Assembly (NCBI GenBank): GCA_951406725.2
Contig: OX597814.1
Span: 121,954,001 to 122,018,000, forward strand
Origin: Octopus vulgaris
Lineage: Eukaryota
Direction: 5' to 3'
DNA length: 64,000 nt
A program made the position numbers and the translations under genes. Positions 56,101 to 64,000 of this stretch are shown one piece after another. The notes under the pieces were generated by a model. That model did not search any database. It was not told the DNA's origin and saw nothing but the letters and a program-made list of their open reading frames with translations. Each line of letters opens with the position of its first letter. The stretch's first letter is position 1.

Positions 56101-56638
56101 TTTCTTGTTTTTTTTCTTTCTAACAGAAAAGCTTTAAGTGGAATGCATCCTTAAATGTGGATCTGAAGGCTGCAAACGTTGCTTCAAGCCATCATATCAC
56201 ATATTACCACGTAAAAGCATGCCCTTTTTATTAGAACGAAACTGAGGTTTATACAATAATTAGAATATCACGGATACCACCAAAGTCACAGAATACTAAA
56301 AATTTAAGAATTAAAGGCATTATTCTTACTAAAACTTTTAATACTAAATTCCATCAAGAATAGAGGAGTGCTAGACGCTAATTGGTTAACATAACACTAT
56401 CAATATGCGCTTGTCATTTTTCTGATCTTCATATAACTGTACATATCAATCCTAAGCTTAATCTATATTTTCTCATGATAAAGTCTTACGAAGCCAATAT
56501 AATGAAATACAAGATGAGGGTGTAAATCATTGTTTTGCGCTTGTTTCCATTTCGTTATTTCTAAATTCCACTGCAATGGCCTTCTAAAATAAATTTAACT
56601 CATTCTTTACAGTGTTTGATGTAAACTATGCTACTAGA

Positions 56639-56729
<91 letters not shown>

Positions 56730-57107
56730 GGTATATTGTACACAAACTTACGTATTTGTATATCGTTCCTCTTCAGGTATTTGTTTAATGTAGCAAAAGT
56801 CGAAAACATCATCGAGAAAACCGACAAACCGGTACTTTCTAACGACAATCCCTTGTGTGGTATTTGTTCTGCCCGAGTAGCACAGACAGTCTCTTGATAC
56901 TTTCATCATTGCAAATGCATTGAACCAGTTATTGACCTGTTTGCAAGACGTCTATACTTATTGTTCACAAAATGTGATATAAGAATTAATTTTTTTTTAG
57001 AAAATAAGTATTTATTTATTCACTAAATCTCACATCGTTGTCATTAACGCCGAGATAAACAGTCTTAGTCTCTGATGTTCGGTCCCATCTATGGTTATGA
57101 TAACGAC

Positions 57108-57168
57108 GATGATGATGATCGTCATCATCATCATCATCATCATCACCATCACCATCACCATCACCATC

Positions 57169-57200
<32 letters not shown>

Positions 57201-57333
57201 CATCATCACCATCACTATCACCATCATCACATTCATCATCATCATCACCATCACATTCATCATCATCATCATCATGATCATCACATTCATCATCATCATC
57301 ATCATCATCATCATTATTGTCATCAACATCACC
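57108..57333. repeat. (CAT)n/(CAC)n microsatellite
   Basis: Direct reading. Confidence 0.95.
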
Positions 57334-58137
57334 GTAGATAATGACAGCGCAGTAGACGAATCCACTTTAACAACATCATATTCTTCACCGTTGAAGTGTA
57401 TATTTAATCAAATATCAAACATCAAAGGATGGAAGTATTGTAGAAAAGTTTGAAAACCACTTTAAAATACCTTCCAGTCTTCCGTCACGTCTGTAATATA
57501 GTGAGTGAAAATTCCAGCCAGGTCATCTTTCAGTGACGTACTCCAATGTCAATAAGTATCAGTTAAGTAATGCACTCAATTAAATTGTCTGCAGCCCTTT
57601 CTCTATTGTCTTCGAGTTTGTGCCAGCGTTAGAAATATACGTTTTTATATCAAAAGTCATATGAATGATGTATCTTTTTGTGTTTGAGGAATCATCAAGG
57701 CTGGCCATAGTGGCTTAAACCTGCAAATGTATTTCATTTCATATATCATACATAAGCAAATGGAGTGATATGGAATGGAAATTTGACAAGACAGTCAGTT
57801 GCCCACTGATACTCGTTGACGCTACATCGAAGATGCCAGGGAACAGAAGAAAGAAGAAAGAAGACATAGACACCTCCGAAATGGAAGGGCCGCCACGTCA
57901 AAATGGTAGAGGAGTAGGGGCCGAAACCGGACGTGATTCTTCTTGATGATGTCTCGAGCTAACTGGATCCTATAAAGGAGCTGTTGTGGTAGCAGACCAC
58001 GAAACATGTTTGAATTCCTCGCAGATGATTTAGTTTATGGGTATCATGTTTTGAATCGTTTTGTTTAATAATTTAAAATATGATTTTAACTCGAATAATT
58101 TTTTAACTGACAAGAATAATAATCATAATGGGGAGCA

Positions 58138-58832
58138 TTGGGCTCGCTTCAATTTGGCTCACATATTGTTTTGATTAATCTTTTCAACTAAACAGTTTAA
58201 AACTTCGTATACTGGTGTAATTTCTCACACTGAACACGGTTTACTTTCAACAGTAGTGATACAATTTAGTATTTTAGAAGTTATTTCACGTTAAAGTAGT
58301 CGTATTTGGGAAATTTTAACCCAATCAACGATCTGTTTTCAGCTGAAGAAACCTACTGATGTTTGTGATAGTAATCGAAGAGCAACAACTTCCGAATAAT
58401 CTCTACTAAATGTATTTTTCAACCACGTGTGGATTATTCGGTAAGTTCTTTAACTTGGCTGTGCTTCTTGGCTTACATGTGGTTATTTTTACTTACTTCT
58501 TGTGATACGTTTCACCACTTTGTTCTATTTTATTCTTGTTTACTGCCTGTGTTGATTATTAAACGCTTTGTTTTTGGGTTTTTTTAACCGGAAGTTGTTA
58601 CTCTCGCAAACAACAGTGGGTTTCTTCAGCTGAATGCACGTCTTTGATTGGTTAATATCGCCCAAATACGACACATTTAACACGAAATAACTTCCAAAAT
58701 ACTAACTTTTGCCAAAAATGTTGAAAGTAGACCGTGTTCAACGTGAGAAATTACACCAGTATACAAAGTTTCAAACTATTTAGTTAAAAAAGATAGTTAA
58801 AAAATCTGTGAGCCAAACTGAAGAGATCCGAA
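58138..58832. mobile_element. MITE/foldback element with about 250-bp diverged inverted arms
   Basis: CTTCAATTTGGCTCACA..TATACTGGTGTAATTTCTCAC..TTCAGCTGAAGAAACC..CAACTTCCG is mirrored at about 58587-58832. Confidence 0.75.
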
Positions 58833-59099
58833 CATATTATTTTGAATTGGCGAAAGAATAAATAAGGAAGATAAGAATACTATTAATAATAAATGTGGTG
58901 ACAATGATGATGTAGATGACGACAGCGAGAAGGAGGAGAGATAAATGATGATGAAGTGGAGGAGAATGATTGTAGTATTGATGCACCTTGACCTGATTAT
59001 TATGTTGATGACTTCTCATTGACTGAAGGTGAAATTGAGGTCAGTATCAAAGTGACCAAGCCATCACTAAATTACGAACTGTAATGCAGCAATAACACC

Positions 59100-59108
59100 A
59101 GTAGCATC

Positions 59109-59156
<48 letters not shown>

Positions 59157-59439
59157 GGTGGTGGTGGTAGTTTTAGTAGTATTGGTAGTAGTAGTAATAA
59201 TAGTAGTAGAAGTGGTAGTAGTAGTAGGGGTAGTAGTAGCGGTTGTGGTGGTGGTAGTAGTTTTAGTAGTAGTGGTAGTAGTAGTAGTAGTAGTGGTGGT
59301 GGTGGTGGTGGTAATTTTAGTAGTATTGGAGGTAGTAGTAGTAATAGTAGTAGAAGTGGTAGTAGTAGTAGGGGTAGTAGTATCGGTGGTGGTGGTGGTG
59401 GTTGTAGTTTTAGTAGTAGTGGTAGTAGTAGTAGTAGTG

Positions 59440-59473
<34 letters not shown>

Positions 59474-59503
59474 AGGTAGTAGAGGTAGAAGTAGCGGTGG
59501 TAC

Positions 59504-59535
<32 letters not shown>

Positions 59536-59550
59536 GTTGTTGTTGTTGTA
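59100..59550. repeat. Compound (GTA)n/(GTG)n microsatellite with a 144-bp higher-order duplication
   Basis: The block TTTTAGTAGTATTGG..AGAAGTGG..GGGGTAG occurs twice, about 144 bp apart. Confidence 0.85.
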
Positions 59551-60687
59551 AGTACCTTCTTACCAACAAGCCCACTGCCACTTAACAAAATAGCGAAGCG
59601 AGATCTTTTACAATGCGAAAAAAAAATGATTATTAAGCACCTTATATACTTCTGGTACAAAAGCCAATCATCACAAATAAACAGTAAAAAAAAATGTTAG
59701 TTTATACAGTAACAACCATGTATAGACATAGATGTTTCGTCGTAAGAAGTTTTATGCCTTCAGGATTTTGTTATTTTACTTTATCACAATGATTCAAGCA
59801 AGATACAACAATCTTCTTTTCGAGTTACTACGTTCTTCTTGATGTCATACGTCGCCGCAATTATGACTCAGCTTGAGACAAGTCATAAAACACTAAAAAT
59901 ACAAAAGTTTACACATTCTGAGATTGTTGCTGTTAGTGTTTAGCTGCAGGTCAGTCCTGATCGTGCACGCTTTTGGCTAAAGACATTCCAGTCGTCACTA
60001 TTTAGCTGGGTTTCTTATGTGCAAATAACGTAGAACCACATTGTTCAACATATCGTTTTCAAAGATGATAGATTCAGATTTCCATCTTCTTCGAATGTTC
60101 GTCACACTTTCTGATGGCCTCTTATGACGAGCAACATCGTCAACATTGCAACTCATAACAGAAAAACGTCCCATATTTTACAGAGACATTGGTATAACTT
60201 TTTAAAAACTTTTTTTTTTTTGAAATATTGAAATAACTCCAGAAATTCAGCTTGGAAAAGTATATTACTGTGCAAAATTATAAAATTTTCGATCAACTTA
60301 AATTTTTGAAATGCTAGCAGCCAAACCAACTAGATCTGAGTTACCTTTATCTAAAACCAAATTTTCTCACCGACCCTTAAAATACTACTCAAGACCCCAA
60401 TCTACTAGTTTGCTTACGTGGAGCCCCAAAAATCTTATACGACCTACAGGTGTCGTATGAGCCCCGGCTGAGAGCTACTGGTCTGTGTAACCATTTGATC
60501 AGCTGAAAGTAGAGACCAAGGCTTCAAACCACATTCACGTCAGACTTTGTCAGGGATGCAGCAATTTTGATTGCATAACTACTTCGATCTAGACTGACCA
60601 GGAAGGTAAGTCCAACATAAATATATATATATAAGTTTATGAATTTGTCTTGCAAGAGCCCTGATGCGAAATCGTGTGTTGAGACAT

Positions 60688-61030
60688 ATATTGTTGTATT
60701 TCGGAATGGTAATTTTTTTGCCAAATAAACACACGCTTTGTTCTTCACTCGTTTATTATTGTTCTTATTCTAACTCATATCTAACTCATACACACATGTA
60801 CACATACACACACACACAAACAAACACAGATGCAAACACATACGCACATAAGGATACACAATAAGTAGGACAAGAACTCACGTGAAGACGAAAAGTGTCG
60901 TTGAACAGGTCACAGATGTGTGACAATGCTCATAAGTTAGAATCAGAAAAGTAATAAACGAGGGAAGACCAACTATATAGTGCATGTGTTCATTTGGGAA
61001 AAAGAAATGACCATTCCGAAATACAATATA
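60688..61030. repeat. Diverged inverted pair (about 60688-60780 versus 60932-61030)
   Basis: GTATTTCGGAATGGT..CTCGTTTATTA..ATTCTAACT is mirrored by AGTTAGAAT..TAATAAACGAG..ACCATTCCGAAATAC. Confidence 0.65.
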
Positions 61031-61054
61031 TATACACACACACATATATATGTA

Positions 61055-61161
<107 letters not shown>

Positions 61162-62334
61162 AAAAGTGCAGTCGAAGTTGTATTTGTTGTGTATATCCTG
61201 CAGCAGAAATAAGATGATTATGAATATTTTTAATGTAGTTAGTTGATATCACGTCTAATGCAACATAAAGTTAGGTTCTAACCGACCCTTAGACACATTC
61301 AAGCGTAAAATTATATCTTTATATAACATTGAGTTGTTTCCTTTCGTATAAAGTCAATTTATCAACATTAATTTGACTATTTCTTTCAAATGATAAATTT
61401 TCCAATATTTGATAAATGTTCAGAACAAGAAATTGATTTGCGAAATTATTTGAAAGGCTATTTGTTTGTATGAAATATTTATAAAATATTGCGTGAAGAT
61501 AATTTCCAACAAACACGGCTAAAATATATATCAAACCATTTAAGAACATTTTTTAATGATTTATTTTAGGACTACTAGTAACATTTTTTTGGTATTTGAT
61601 TAAGTAGACTTTAGCTACAGAACATTACACGTCATTTAGGCACATTGTTATTTTGATGTGGTCTTATAATACAGATCTTAATATTTCAAAACTTAAATAA
61701 TACTTACACGATCGTAACGATTTATTTTGGAAAGCTAAAGCAAAAAATTATAGTCTTAAGTTAACTAAGGTTTCAACCTCTAGTTAGTCATATAGTTATT
61801 TGATGAGGATCATTAAGTAAATATTGTTCATCTGTTCTGAACGAATGGCAAATTGTTAAGCCAGCATTAATGTGTAAATAAATTTGTTCCTACGCTGATG
61901 ATCTTCTCTAACTAAGATTTTCTGTTACATGTGAACAAGAAACTAAATTAGAAACAAACTGCTATAATTACATAATTGTTCCTTCCAAAGAAACATTCGA
62001 GTCTCCATATTAGGAAGGCGGTCAGTAGAACTGCCAAAGTAATTGGGAAGTATTATATAACATCATAGATGGAAGTGGAAGATAAGTAAAAGAAACGAAA
62101 TGATCCATGATTATATAATCATGAAACAAATCCCAGAAAATTACTTCTTCAATGTTATATATTTTGAAATAACTACTCATTGAACATGTGTACGTACGTA
62201 TGTACACACACACCAACACGCACGCACATACACACACATATGCACACATATTTTTCCTGAGCATCAAAATAGTACACCTACTCGATGTTCCTTCACTTGT
62301 CTTCGTCTTTTGTTTTCTGTAAATTCGATATATA

Positions 62335-62370
<36 letters not shown>

Positions 62371-64000
62371 TGTATGTATGTATGTATGTATGTATGTATG
62401 TATGTATGGCCAGTTACATTTATTCTGGAATACGGGTCATAAGAAGTTTTAAAAAAGCATTTGGTCTTCTTATGAATAAATTTTTTCAACGAACCAAAGG
62501 ACAATAACCATGGCCTTTACAGGGCTCCTGGACTGAGAGAACTGATGCTGTCGTGGTTTAGTTTGAGCTTCGTTTGATTGATGTTTCTAAGAGAAATTTA
62601 GGAGGTGATGAGAAATTAAAATAATGGTATTGCTAAGGAAAAAATATGTACTGGTTGCGGAATCTTAGATTTGGAACACGTACAATTGATGAAGAGGATA
62701 AAGATGAACGTCATATGGATCGGGCAGGCAAGAACTTTTTGTTTTTTACAGAATATGTTAGTATTGGTGGAGAAATAGAAGGATTAAATTTGTGTGTATG
62801 AGAAAGAGTGAGAGAGGTAGCGAAGGATAGCGAGGGAATAAAATAGGACCATAGAGATTAGAGAGAGGAAGTGAGTGTTTGTAGTATGTTGGTGAGGTAA
62901 CCATTGTTAACTAGTCAAATAGCCATAATTTGGATATGGTCTAGGGTGCATAGGATGAAGTCAACCATCTTTAATGAGGTAATAAATTTTTAATACTCGA
63001 ATCTCCCTTGTGCTTCTGCCATCGAGTAATGGAACCAACTAAAAAGTTGGCCTCATGTGATGCTACAGAGATTTGTTGTCGTTGCTAAGTAGCTCAGGGA
63101 ACTCAGTTCAAGCAGAGCTATGAGGAAGATGAGGGATTATTGATCCTATAGCAGTTGATAATAGATCAAATAGATTAACCATGCGAACTAAATCTGGTTT
63201 TGAGGCACATAACCATTAATCCACAGTATTTGACTGCCTTGTATGTCCTCATTATACATCGTATTTCGCGTGTCATCCACACTGAATATTTTACATGCTA
63301 CTTACTGTTCATATATCCCGAATCTTTAAAACTTTTAAATTTGGCTGATCACCAGAGCTTAAACAATAATGTTCATCTTAAATTCGCATCTTATGAATCT
63401 GTAGTTAGAGGAAGTTGTACGATGATGAATAAACATTAAAATATTCTTTAGTAAATTACAGACATGTTCGTCATCGATCATGTCATTATAAATATCATGT
63501 GCGTGGTCACATGAAAGATTTCCACTCACTCTGTATTAATTACAATTATGTTCAATTCTTATAGCCTGGTCAGACTTCCTTTAGCTTTAAGCTATTTTTG
63601 TTATCTTTAGTCTTTAGAATAAAGAGGTCGGGAGGCCTGTGACAATTACACACACATACTTACCTACATACATACACACACACACAAGCACACGCACATA
63701 CACACACATATTGATGAAGAGGGGAAGGGGGCTTTAAGAAGTATTCAAACTGATGCCAGAAATGGCAAATATTTCAATTGAAGGTATTGAAAGAACTACA
63801 ATCAATCTTTACGTACTTCGTTAGCCACGATTTTGACTGCTTATAATGGGCAGTCTTCTGATATATATAAAAAAAAAGGGAGGGAAAGAAAGGAAAAGGC
63901 GGGTTAGCGTTCAAACTGGAAAGAGAAAAGCAACAACAACAGCAGCAACAGTAACAACAACAGATCGAAGAGAAAAAATAATATTTAAAAAAAGAGAAAT

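Noticed and set aside
56775-56897. Possible host exon after TTCCTCTTCAG (YLFNVAKVENIIEKTDKPVLSNDNPLCGIC..)
   Set aside because: Acceptor-like site only. No recognisable protein similarity or partner exons, so it cannot be supported without RNA-seq.
57030-57453. Poly-His, poly-Met and poly-Ile ORFs
   Set aside because: Translations of the (CAT)n microsatellite.
59067-59700. Thr-rich mucin-like, poly-Val and poly-Leu ORFs
   Set aside because: All are translations of a (GTA)n/(GTG)n microsatellite, open in several frames, with no splice or homology support.

Overview
AT-rich, microsatellite-saturated eukaryotic DNA. The mix of (TA)n/(TATG)n/(TATC)n arrays, tRNA-derived SINEs and Nin/Deu-type and Meta-type SINE cores resembles a mollusc, most likely an octopus (inference). 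No host protein-coding exon can be supported, and nearly all ORFs in the track are microsatellite translations. The only long true ORF (22386-24413) is the reverse transcriptase of a young, 5'-truncated L1/Tx1-clade LINE sitting inside a (TATC)n array. The most striking signal is a set of small non-coding inserts, mostly embedded in (TA)n tracts, that carry minimal type I hammerhead ribozymes (HHRs). They include a 533-bp near-perfect tandem array with two intact HHRs (retrozyme-like, predicted to release a 533-nt monomer), a 429-bp unit with Penelope-type direct and inverted ends next to a Penelope RT remnant, and several decayed HHR relics. The Tx1 LINE 3' end also shares a stem-loop/AATAAA tail with a Nin/Deu-type SINE in the window, which suggests a LINE-SINE partnership. 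All alignments and folds were done by eye.
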